From Thermoproteota archaeon (GTDB taxonomy: Archaea > Asgardarchaeota > Jordiarchaeia > Jordiarchaeales > Freyrarchaeaceae), in assembly GCA_029258835.1 (NCBI GenBank), contig JAPDJY010000002.1, forward strand, positions 1-40,812: a DNA stretch of 40,812 nt, written 5' to 3'. The position numbers and the translations under genes were made by a program. Positions 26,858 through 34,908 of this stretch are shown piece by piece. The notes beneath the pieces are model-generated. The model was not told the origin of the DNA and searched no databases. It worked only from the letters and a program-made list of their open reading frames with translations. Position 1 is the stretch's first letter. Every line of letters begins with the position of its first letter.

Positions 26858-28861
26858 TCACCTATCATGGTCGGCGGGGCAGTTGTCTAGGCTCCAGTAG
26901 ATTACCGGAACGTCAGCTATGGTGACTCCTTCCAAGAGCCTCGGGAGGAACGTAAGTATCGTGTCAAACGACGGGCCTTTGATGTGCACCCTGTAGGGGT
27001 TCTTTGAGCCGTCACTCACCATGTGGAAGCATAGTTCTCCACGTGCACTCTCAACGCAGTGTATGGCTTCCCCCTCGGGGACGGCTGAGAAGAACTTCAA
27101 GACCTTGCCATTCTTCATTTTCCCATCACGCACCTCTCCTTCCGGAAGCCTCTCCAAGACTTGCTCCACGATGCCGAGGCTTTCCTCGATCTCTCTCCTC
27201 CTGCACAGCATCCTATGGTACGCGTCTCCCTCCTGGGCTGTGGGGACTTCAAATTCCAAGTCTGGGTACGCGTCGTATGGGGAATTCTTCCTCACGTCAA
27301 AGTCTACGCCGCACGCCCTCATGTTCGGCCCAACCAGGTCGTATTCAGCGGCATCATCCTTAGAGAACACGCCTACCCCTTTAGTCCTCTTGATGAAGAC
27401 GCCGTTGTTGAAGAACAGGTCGTCGTAGAGCTTCAGCCTTTTCCTCATTTCCTTAACGGTTTTCCTCGCCAGCTCTATAACGCTTGGCTTCACGTCACCT
27501 CTAACCCCGCCGGGAACGGTGAATATTGAGTATATTCTGGCTCCGGTCATCCTTTCTAGGAGGGCTAGGATTCTCTCCCTGTCACCCCATGCTATCCTTG
27601 CCCCCGCGTCTAGCCCGGCCGCGTTAGTTATTAAGCCGAGGTTGAGTAGGTGGCTCTGTATCCTGCTCAGCTCGGCCTGTATTACGCGCAGGTAACGCGC
27701 CCTTTTCGGAGGGTGAATCCCTGCCACCGCTTCGACGGCTCCGGCGTATGCGAGCTCCAGGCTGGCGCCGTCAAGCACGCATATGCGTGAGACAAGCATT
27801 ATGTTTTGAAGCCACGTCCTGTACTCCATCAGCTTTTCGAATCCCCTGTGCAGGTAGCCTGCGTACGGCACCGCCTCCCTAACCACTTCGCCGTCCGTTT
27901 TAAGTCCTAGGTGGAAGTTTCCTGAGGCTGGATGCTGCGGCCCGAATGGGATGACAACTTCCCCCTCCTCCTCGCACTCGATCTTTACTATTTCAGGAAC
28001 CCTCGGACCCTTCGACCTCTCCTCCTTCCCCCTGTAGCCGTTCTGGATGGCGTATATTGCATGGACGACGGCGACGCCTATTGGCTCCGGCCTAGGCGGG
28101 CAGCCGGCGATCCAGATGTCTACCGGTATGTAGTCGTCGAGGTGTTTTATCGTATTGTAGCTGTCCCAGTAGCACCCTCCGCTCATAGGGCAGTTCCCGA
28201 ACGCCAGCACCCACTTCGGAGGGGGCATCTGATTGTATATCCTTATTATCCTTTTCAGGGTCTTTGGGGTTACGAAGCCTCCTACGATGATGGCGTCCGC
28301 GTGCCTCGCCGACCCCACGGCTATTAAGCCGAACCTTTCCATGTCGAAGCCGCTGCTAACCCATGGTATGGCTTCTATGAAGCCGCATCCCGTGAAGAAG
28401 TTTATGACCCATATGCTCCTGGACCTAGCCCAATCCACGATCTTCCTGATCTTAGGCTTCTCTGGGTGTTCGAGCTCCGGGGGTTGAGCCAGCTTTTCAG
28501 GGGGGTAAACCAGGCTGTTTCTGTCCATTGTGAGGATGAACGGGAACTTGGTGAATTGAAGGGAGCCTGTCGGGCAAGCGTCAACGCAGAGGCCGCAGAA
28601 GCAGCACTTCTGGTAATCCACTTGTGGTTGAAGGACCTTCTCCCCGTTCCTCTCCCTTTCAACCATTTCTATCGCGTTGTTAGGGCACACCCTAGCGCAA
28701 AGGCTGCACCCCTTGCATGTTTCCGGGTTAAACAGGTGTCTTCCTCTGAACTCGTCGGAGAGGGGTGTCTCCGGGGGGAAATTGTACGTCATGGGCTTAC
28801 TTGCGAGGAGATTTATGATGGCTTTCAGAGGATTTACTACCCCTTTCACGCCTTCAAGCAT
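26858..28861 (-). CDS. Triple fusion NuoI-NuoB-NuoD (MbsN/MbsJ/MbsL-like; complex I / group 4 hydrogenase superfamily, lacking a full Ni-ligand set)
   Basis: Two CxxCxxCxxxCP motifs; NuoB-like TGCGFIE, GNCPMSGG, AGCPPRPE; NuoD-like FGPQHPA, GYLHRGFEKLME, SRICVLD, ELSRIQSHL, ESARGE, C-terminal DNCPADHDR. Confidence 0.9.
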   Translation of the reverse strand: MLEGVKGVVNPLKAIINLLASKPMTYNFPPETPLSDEFRGRHLFNPETCKGCSLCARVCPNNAIEMVERERNGEKVLQPQVDYQKCCFCGLCVDACPTGSLQFTKFPFILTMDRNSLVYPPEKLAQPPELEHPEKPKIRKIVDWARSRSIWVINFFTGCGFIEAIPWVSSGFDMERFGLIAVGSARHADAIIVGGFVTPKTLKRIIRIYNQMPPPKWVLAFGNCPMSGGCYWDSYNTIKHLDDYIPVDIWIAGCPPRPEPIGVAVVHAIYAIQNGYRGKEERSKGPRVPEIVKIECEEEGEVVIPFGPQHPASGNFHLGLKTDGEVVREAVPYAGYLHRGFEKLMEYRTWLQNIMLVSRICVLDGASLELAYAGAVEAVAGIHPPKRARYLRVIQAELSRIQSHLLNLGLITNAAGLDAGARIAWGDRERILALLERMTGARIYSIFTVPGGVRGDVKPSVIELARKTVKEMRKRLKLYDDLFFNNGVFIKRTKGVGVFSKDDAAEYDLVGPNMRACGVDFDVRKNSPYDAYPDLEFEVPTAQEGDAYHRMLCRRREIEESLGIVEQVLERLPEGEVRDGKMKNGKVLKFFSAVPEGEAIHCVESARGELCFHMVSDGSKNPYRVHIKGPSFDTILTFLPRLLEGVTIADVPVIYWSLDNCPADHDR

Positions 28862-29357
28862 TTCCTCTCCCTCCCTGCTTAGGCGGCTCTAAACCGTACT
28901 CCTCCTTCACGTACTCTCTCCAGTCAAAGTCCTTTCTGAATGGTGGTGGTCCACTCCAGTCTTCTAGGAAGAGCGGCTTAAGCATCGTGTTACCTTCAAA
29001 CGTTACCCCAAACATCTCCCACGCCTCCCTCTCCCTCATCGCCGCGTTTCTCCAGATCTCCGACAGGCTTGGAATCGATGGCGAGCTCCTTGGCACATCT
29101 GCTGCAACTTTCACGTATCCCTTCCCGTCAGGGCTGCGGAGGACGAAGTATACTTCGAAAGAGTTCTTCTTAAGCCAGTCAACCGCGGACACCATGATCA
29201 ACGTTCTGAAGCCTTGCTCTCTCATGTACCTTGCCACGTCAAGGTACTTCTCCCTCGGAACTTTAACATAGAGCACGTTTCCTTCCCGGCGTGTTTCCGC
29301 CTGAAACTTTCCTTCAAGATTTTTCAAGAAGGAGGTTTTAAAGGGGTTGAACCTCAT
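28854..29357 (-). CDS. NuoC/MbsK-like subunit
   Basis: VSAVDW, FEVYF, IPSLSEIW.NA..REREAWEMFGVTFEGN..L..LFLEDW...PPFRKDF. Confidence 0.92.
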   Translation of the reverse strand: MRFNPFKTSFLKNLEGKFQAETRREGNVLYVKVPREKYLDVARYMREQGFRTLIMVSAVDWLKKNSFEVYFVLRSPDGKGYVKVAADVPRSSPSIPSLSEIWRNAAMREREAWEMFGVTFEGNTMLKPLFLEDWSGPPPFRKDFDWREYVKEEYGLEPPKQGGRGNA

Positions 29358-29601
29358 TTTCGACGCCTCCCGCCTTCAATTTTGCACGGAGAATTTTGTG
29401 CAGATTCACAAAAATAGCGAAGTCCAATATTAGTTTAACGTTTCTAAAACAACTTATAAATTTAAATAAAACATGGTAAACAGGAAAGCAGCCAAAAACC
29501 CCTTTAAATTTATCAGAGCACTAGTGCCCACACAACCGTTGAAACGGGAAAAAGGAGGGAAATGCTTTTTAGTTTCAGCTTAGGTACGCTATTCCCCTGC
29601 T

Positions 29602-30267
29602 TTAACCCTTCACCTTCAATATGGCTTGAGCGCCTACTAGTAGGATCCAGGTTGAGACTGTGAAAAAGGTAAGCCACTCCATTACTGTTAAGTGGCTGAT
29701 TAAGAAGAGTAGGTCCAATACTGCGTAAAGGAATCCATATATTGCAGTAGCCTTCGAGAAAAATGCATCCTTGTATATTACCACGCTTAGGAGGAGAATG
29801 GCGAGACCTCTGGAAAGGAAGACGAGGAAGCCGAGAAGCGTGTGCAGTAGGCATACGACCATGGGGCATAGTCCAATGCCTATCTCGAAAAAGAAGCATG
29901 CTACGAACAGGGCGACTCCAACTTTCCCAGTAAGGTTAATGGAGGACGAGGCACTCCTGAAGAGAGTTGAAAGCAACGGGAAAGCTGGAATAGCTATGAT
30001 GGAGGCTAAAGCTACGCCTACGTTGAAGATGAGGGAGCTGGGGCCTATCCCGAGCTCACTTATGTACATGTACCAGATGGAGAAGCCGGTGTTAGCCACT
30101 GGTAGCAGAGAGAATGGTTTAGGAAGCCAGTGAACGTACAGCGGTCTAAAGGGAAAGGAAGCGTACATGGCTAAGGCGCCTAGCACGCTGCCAATCCAGA
30201 TAAGCGAAGATGAAACCAGAAGTAAACCCCCAGCTTTAACTCTCAACTCGTCCACATCAGACCTCAC
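29602..30267 (-). CDS. DUF998-like membrane protein
   Basis: YISELG...SLIFN, IGIGLCP...LH motifs; multi-TM. Confidence 0.7.
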   Translation of the reverse strand: MRSDVDELRVKAGGLLLVSSSLIWIGSVLGALAMYASFPFRPLYVHWLPKPFSLLPVANTGFSIWYMYISELGIGPSSLIFNVGVALASIIAIPAFPLLSTLFRSASSSINLTGKVGVALFVACFFFEIGIGLCPMVVCLLHTLLGFLVFLSRGLAILLLSVVIYKDAFFSKATAIYGFLYAVLDLLFLISHLTVMEWLTFFTVSTWILLVGAQAILKVKG

Positions 30268-30544
30268 ACCTCTCCCTCCCTCTTAACTGTCTGGGTTTAA
30301 CTTAAATTGAGAGATGTAGACTTTTAACTCTTCGATTAACGTGGAGGGTTCTTACCAAGGGAGGAGATTCCTTCGGTTTGCTAATGCCACCCATTAAACA
30401 AATGCAATCTTTCCTCCACCGGAGAACCGGGCAAATTTACGCGTAAAGTTACATTGAGTTTCAGCTTTATCTCGGCATCAACCGTTTTCTTCCATGCTTG
30501 CTGCGGAGTGTTGCTCTGACGCCGCCATCCCATTAACCTGTTCA

Positions 30545-30970
30545 TCATTTAGACTTCCTTAATTGTTTTTGAAGTTCATGCCATGGGACGAGCTGTAAGC
30601 CGAACTTCTCAAATCTCTGGTAGTGTTTAACGTTTCGGGTTGTAAACTGAACTTTTCTGGTTATTGCTATTGCAGCGTTAAACACGTCTCTGCTTGAAAG
30701 AAGCCTTCCTTCTTTTCTGAGCGCAGCCCATATTTCACTGGCTTTAAGTATTGAGGCATTGTTTAAGTGGTAGACTGCTAATATTTCTTCGAGAAGTTTC
30801 TTCTGATCCTGCACGTTTTCTCTCATGAACACCTCGCCCCTCAAGTACTCGTATAGCGTGATCTGCGTGATCCCGGCGTCGAACAACTCCACCAGCCTCA
30901 CTATGGTTCCATCCCTGAGCGCGTCTATTAACACGTCCGTGTCCAAGATCACGGTTGAACCTACTTCCAC
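30545..30970 (-). CDS. vapC: VapC PIN-domain toxin
   Basis: ILDTDVLID, ITLYEYLRG, RDVFNAAIA, TRNVKHY. Confidence 0.9.
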   Translation of the reverse strand: MEVGSTVILDTDVLIDALRDGTIVRLVELFDAGITQITLYEYLRGEVFMRENVQDQKKLLEEILAVYHLNNASILKASEIWAALRKEGRLLSSRDVFNAAIAITRKVQFTTRNVKHYQRFEKFGLQLVPWHELQKQLRKSK

Positions 30971-31185
30971 AGTTTTCTATCCTCCTCGACGCCGCCCAGT
31001 ATCACGTCTACCTCATCATCCGTAATAACATACTTTTTCACGTACTCTCTGGCTTTCTCAGCTTTAACCTTCCTGTACTCGAACGCCATTTCAAGTAGGA
31101 ACTCATCCCAAGTTTTCTCACCCTTCAACCTCTTCAGCATCCTTTTCGTTTCACGTGAAACGGTTATCGTCGTATATTCCAACAA
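30961..31185 (-). CDS. vapB: VapB-type antitoxin (RHH-like N-terminus)
   Basis: TTITVSRETKRMLKRLKGEKTWDEFL; overlaps vapC by 10 nt. Confidence 0.8.
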   Translation of the reverse strand: MLEYTTITVSRETKRMLKRLKGEKTWDEFLLEMAFEYRKVKAEKAREYVKKYVITDDEVDVILGGVEEDRKLWK

Positions 31186-31360
31186 ACCACCCCGCCATTA
31201 ATCGACCACCAGCCATCAACTAACTATAGATTCTAATTAAATTGTTAATTATAAATTTAAAATTAGATTTTTCGGCTTTCCTACGCGTAGCTGAAAGGTG
31301 CACTTTCGACGAGGCTAAACGCTTAAATGTCCTCTTCCGCCGGGACATCGAAGGCTAAAC

Positions 31361-31472
31361 CCTTCACTCCAGACCATAAAACCCTTAAGGTCTTACACGT
31401 GAAAGAGGACATATATAACAAACTTTTAGAGCTAGCCTTCACTCCAGACCATAAAACCCTTAAGGTCTTACA
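31361..31472. CRISPR. Orphan mini CRISPR-like array: 2 identical 37-bp repeats and one 38-bp spacer
   Basis: CCTTCACTCCAGACCATAAAACCCTTAAGGTCTTACA at 31361-31397 and 31436-31472, with an internal AGACC/GGTCT stem. The minus-strand end GGAGTGAAG(G) resembles ATTGAAG/ATTGAAAG repeat ends. No cas genes in window. Confidence 0.6.
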
Positions 31473-31638
31473 GCTGCTAACTTAGAATCTAAGCCTAAGC
31501 GACTGGTTGAAAGGATAAAAGAGGATTCATCCTATTCTTAAAGGGCAAAAACAGTCCTCCCTTACATAGTTTAAGCTTGTTCGCCATTTAAAGCGGCACA
31601 TTCCTCTAACAGGGGAAGGGTGCTTATCTAACGTGATC

Positions 31639-32361
31639 TTACTTACAGGTTGCTCTCTTTAGGTTTGCTATCACATCTGGCTTGTTTGTTACTATACCAT
31701 CTACCTTTAATTGCATGAGGTGCTTAGCCGTGTTTTCGTCGTCAACCGTCCACGGGAACACCAGAAGCCCTTTCGCATGGGCGCCCCTCACCATTTCTTC
31801 ATCTACAAACCTGTGTTTTGGAAAGATTATCTCGGCTTTTGCGTCGAGAGCTAGCCTTTCAGGTCTGACGGGTTGGGAGGAGAATATTACCCCGGTTCTT
31901 ATTCTCCCGTTCAAACGTTTAACGGCCGCAACCACCTTATGGTAGAATGATGAAATAACCACTCTGTCTTCGACGCCCACCTCCAAGATTTCCTCCACAA
32001 CTTTTTCTTCTACACCGGGAACTTTGACTTCGACTACTACGGTGCGCCTCCACCTTTCAGCCTCCTCCAACACTTCTCTCAGAAGAGGAATTTTCTCCCC
32101 TCCAACACTCAGCCTCATTAATTCTTCAAGTGTTTTATCAGCCACGTAGCCCCTGCCACCCGTAACCCTGTCAACCCTCTCATCGTGTATTACAACTAAG
32201 TGCCCGTCAAAGGTCACCCTTACGTCCACCTCAACCCAGTCAGCCCCCAGAGAAAAGGCTTTCCTAATACTCTTTAGAGTGTTTTCAGGCTCGTAGGCAG
32301 ACGCGCCCCTATGACCCACGACAATGAAGCGCCCCAACCCGGTTACCCCAACATGAAGCAA
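31639..32361 (-). CDS. Glycerophosphodiester phosphodiesterase
   Basis: GHRGAS..EPENTL, VEVDVR, VVIHD..VDR, VEVK, ISSF, WTVD, VDGIVTNKPD; TTG start after GGAGG. Confidence 0.93.
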   Translation of the reverse strand: MLHVGVTGLGRFIVVGHRGASAYEPENTLKSIRKAFSLGADWVEVDVRVTFDGHLVVIHDERVDRVTGGRGYVADKTLEELMRLSVGGEKIPLLREVLEEAERWRRTVVVEVKVPGVEEKVVEEILEVGVEDRVVISSFYHKVVAAVKRLNGRIRTGVIFSSQPVRPERLALDAKAEIIFPKHRFVDEEMVRGAHAKGLLVFPWTVDDENTAKHLMQLKVDGIVTNKPDVIANLKRATCK

Positions 32362-32534
32362 GTTTCCTCCGGAATAATGCTGCGAATCGCCGGTTAAGAG
32401 CGTTACGATAAGGCAGAGAGTCAACGTAGAAAAACGCCAAGAAGCATTTAGTTAAGGTGGTTAATGGTTGCAGCGCCCCCGCAGATCCTGTAATGCCGGG
32501 TGCTTCTTCCCCTTCCCGCGGCCTCCTTTAGCTC

Positions 32535-33150
32535 CTAGCATCCCCGGGTAACCTCTAGGATCGCTTCTGCAAGGTCTCGTAGGCAGCTAACCTTGTGACA
32601 CTCAGCCCCATCCTCAACATAGTACTTGACAACGAAGTCACCGATCCCATCTTCCAACTCCTCGGGATTCAGTATTACGACTCCCTTCACTTTTCAACGG
32701 TCCTCTCTAAAGGGGCCGATGCTGGACGCCTCCAACCCCTCCTATGGTCTCTGCAGTCCGTCAGGATCAGCACGGTAGTATGCTTCGACAGCCACCCTCC
32801 GCTTTCTTCAGGAAGTCCTTGAACGCTGATTCCACGTTGCTTCCTACGCCCGCGTAAACGTTAAGCCAGTCTTGAAGTTCACGGTAAAGCTTCTCTACGA
32901 TGCTCAACCTAGCTTCGTTGCGACCTCCCAGACCATGTCGACGAAAGCGTCAAGCCGCAGAAAAACCGTGGTTGACCATCTGCTCGGAGTAGCCGACCTA
33001 GATAATATCGCCGTTGTCCACCGGGCTCCGGGTAGCGATGTGCACGCCTACCGCCCGCGCCGCCTCCTGCCACCTCATAGCCAAGTAGGCATAGAACATG
33101 CACCCGAAACGCCGCCAAACCACGCCTCACAAGACCCTCAATAGGGCACA
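32535..33150 (-). pseudogene. CoxE-like VWA-domain protein remnant
   Basis: Frameshifted fragments GSNVESAFKDF, LSKHTTVLILTDCRD, GVVILNPEE, GIGD...Y, CLRDLAEAI. Confidence 0.65.
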
Positions 33151-33204
33151 GTCCTAGCTTATGGTTCCCCACTCTTCCACCTGTTACCCCCTTTCGAACC
33201 ATTG

Positions 33205-33696
33205 TTACAATTGGCTTGAAGTGCTGGTTGCGCGTGGTGGGTGTTCTATGTTTAGTGGGTTTCCCGGTTTTAGCACGAGTACTGCCTCTCTGAGCCGCGT
33301 GTTTTTAAGCTTGTTTCCGAGTTTTTCGTCGCATGTTGCCAGTTTAACTTTGAGCTTTTCGGCTAAAGCGATGAAGAGCGCATCGTACACGGATTCGGAT
33401 ATTTCCACCCCTATTGCTAGAGCTTCCTCGTAAATTTCCCGTGAGGAAAAGCTGACGCATACCTCATCTATGAACCTCACAGCCATCTTCAGCAACTCCT
33501 TAACTTTCCCGTAGTCCTCGCCAAAAAACTTGATCCTTTTCCACGCAACGTTCGACACCTCGGCGACGGCAAGATCTAAGGTGTAAGCGGTGCCTAAACC
33601 CAGCACGAACCTTTCAGCACTCTCCGAGCAAGGGTCGTTAAAGAATAAGGCGGCGATCACGCTTGAGTCTAGCACCGCCTCAGCGATCTCGCTCAC
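33205..33696 (-). CDS. vapC: VapC PIN-domain toxin
   Basis: VLDSSVIAALFF, LAVAEVSNVAWKR, SVYDALFIALA, LATCDEKL. Confidence 0.92.
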   Translation of the reverse strand: MSEIAEAVLDSSVIAALFFNDPCSESAERFVLGLGTAYTLDLAVAEVSNVAWKRIKFFGEDYGKVKELLKMAVRFIDEVCVSFSSREIYEEALAIGVEISESVYDALFIALAEKLKVKLATCDEKLGNKLKNTRLREAVLVLKPGNPLNIEHPPRATSTSSQL

Positions 33697-33908
33697 CGCT
33701 CCCTGTCCTCCCTTATAAGCTCGGCTGAGCTCACTATTTTGGTGCCAGCTCTCTCCCTCCTCGCCTCGGCTACCAGCATCTTAGCCTTCTCCATCCTAAC
33801 CCTCTTCTCAATAAAGCCCCTAACCTCCTCCTGCCAGTTAACCGGGATCCTCCTCATCTCCTCCTTCAACCTCTTCGGAAGACGGACACTAAACGTCTCA
33901 CTCCCCAA
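33693..33908 (-). CDS. vapB: VapB-type antitoxin (RHH)
   Basis: TFSVRLPKRLKEEM...VNWQEEVR, SSAELIREDRER; 4-nt overlap with vapC; TTG start inferred (ORF to 33944). Confidence 0.85.
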   Translation of the reverse strand: MGSETFSVRLPKRLKEEMRRIPVNWQEEVRGFIEKRVRMEKAKMLVAEARRERAGTKIVSSAELIREDRER

Positions 33909-34049
33909 CGCAACACCCCAGAAGAACAAAAAAAGTAAACTCAAATATAAACTTGACTGTAAACAGAAACGAGGACATTAGTACACGCTAGTCCACGGCT
34001 AACCTTTACTGGTAAAACTTGAGGAGAGAAAAGGCACACAAGCCGCCAC

Positions 34050-34610
34050 CCACATTCTCCGCCTTTTCAATGAAGCGTCTACACTCGCTGAAGAGCATTT
34101 CGCTCATACCCGCCTGAGCTAGTATTGGGTGGAAGCCTTTCAGGTCTGCGTAGAGCGGTGAGGCCAGCAGGTTCGAAGACTCCTAAAACCTGTTAGAGGT
34201 TGGGAAGACGGTGAGCTCCTGTCCTTCAGGGGCCTTAACGGCTCCAAGCTCAGGGATCGTTATCGTCTCTCCCTCGGAAGCTTGAGGAGGAAGGCTTCAA
34301 ACTGCTCGTCCGCCTCCTCCACCTCGCCGACCAGCAGGGCAGCCCTCCCCGACCTAAGAGCGGCCAGCAAAGGCCTCTCAAGAAGGTATTCCTCCGAGAA
34401 GGGTGAAGCCTCGCCAAGCTTCTCTCCGTTAAGATTGCTCATCTGTCTTCAAAAGCTGCTTTGGCGGTTTACTCGTAAAGGCGCTACTCAGGTATTATCT
34501 CCCCTTATAGCACTGCAGCCTTATAAGCTGGTAGCCGAGCCCCTTAGCAACTGGCACCGCAAGGGAGGTTTCACCGCCCAGCAATCCCCTCGACCAGCTT
34601 CCCCATTTTA
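34050..34610 (-). pseudogene. CoxD-like MoxR AAA+ ATPase remnant
   Basis: Fragments LVEGIAG, VAKGLGYQLIRLQCYKG, FSEEYLLERPLLAAL..LLVGEVEEADEQFEAFLL, TIPELGAVKA, TSNR. Confidence 0.8.
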
Positions 34611-34908
34611 AGGGCTAAAAAAACGATGGTGGCCCGCTTACTAGAGAGGGACCCCGCGCCGGTAAGCAACCTTTCAACGTCATCTAGATTGAGGCCTAAG
34701 GGTGACGTGGCAACGTCCCTAAGCAAGAAGGCACCCCACCAGATGTCAACAAACCAGAAAGGGGGGCAGCCTGTAAGATTACCGAGAAAGAAGGGGGCGG
34801 ATGATTAAACGTTTAGAAGCTAGAAGGGAAAGTCAACCGCATAAAAAGGTAGGGGTGAAGGGGTGCGGCTTCCCGTGAAGGGTTACTTAGCGTGATGTCA
34901 TGCCGCCA

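Noticed and set aside
26858-28861. Calling the fusion a [NiFe] hydrogenase or formate hydrogenlyase
   Set aside because: Both CxxC Ni-binding motifs are CxxD, and no maturation or membrane genes are adjacent.
31303-31335. Possible third degenerate CRISPR repeat (taaacgcttaaatgtcct)
   Set aside because: Weak similarity, and spacing inconsistent with the 75-bp period.
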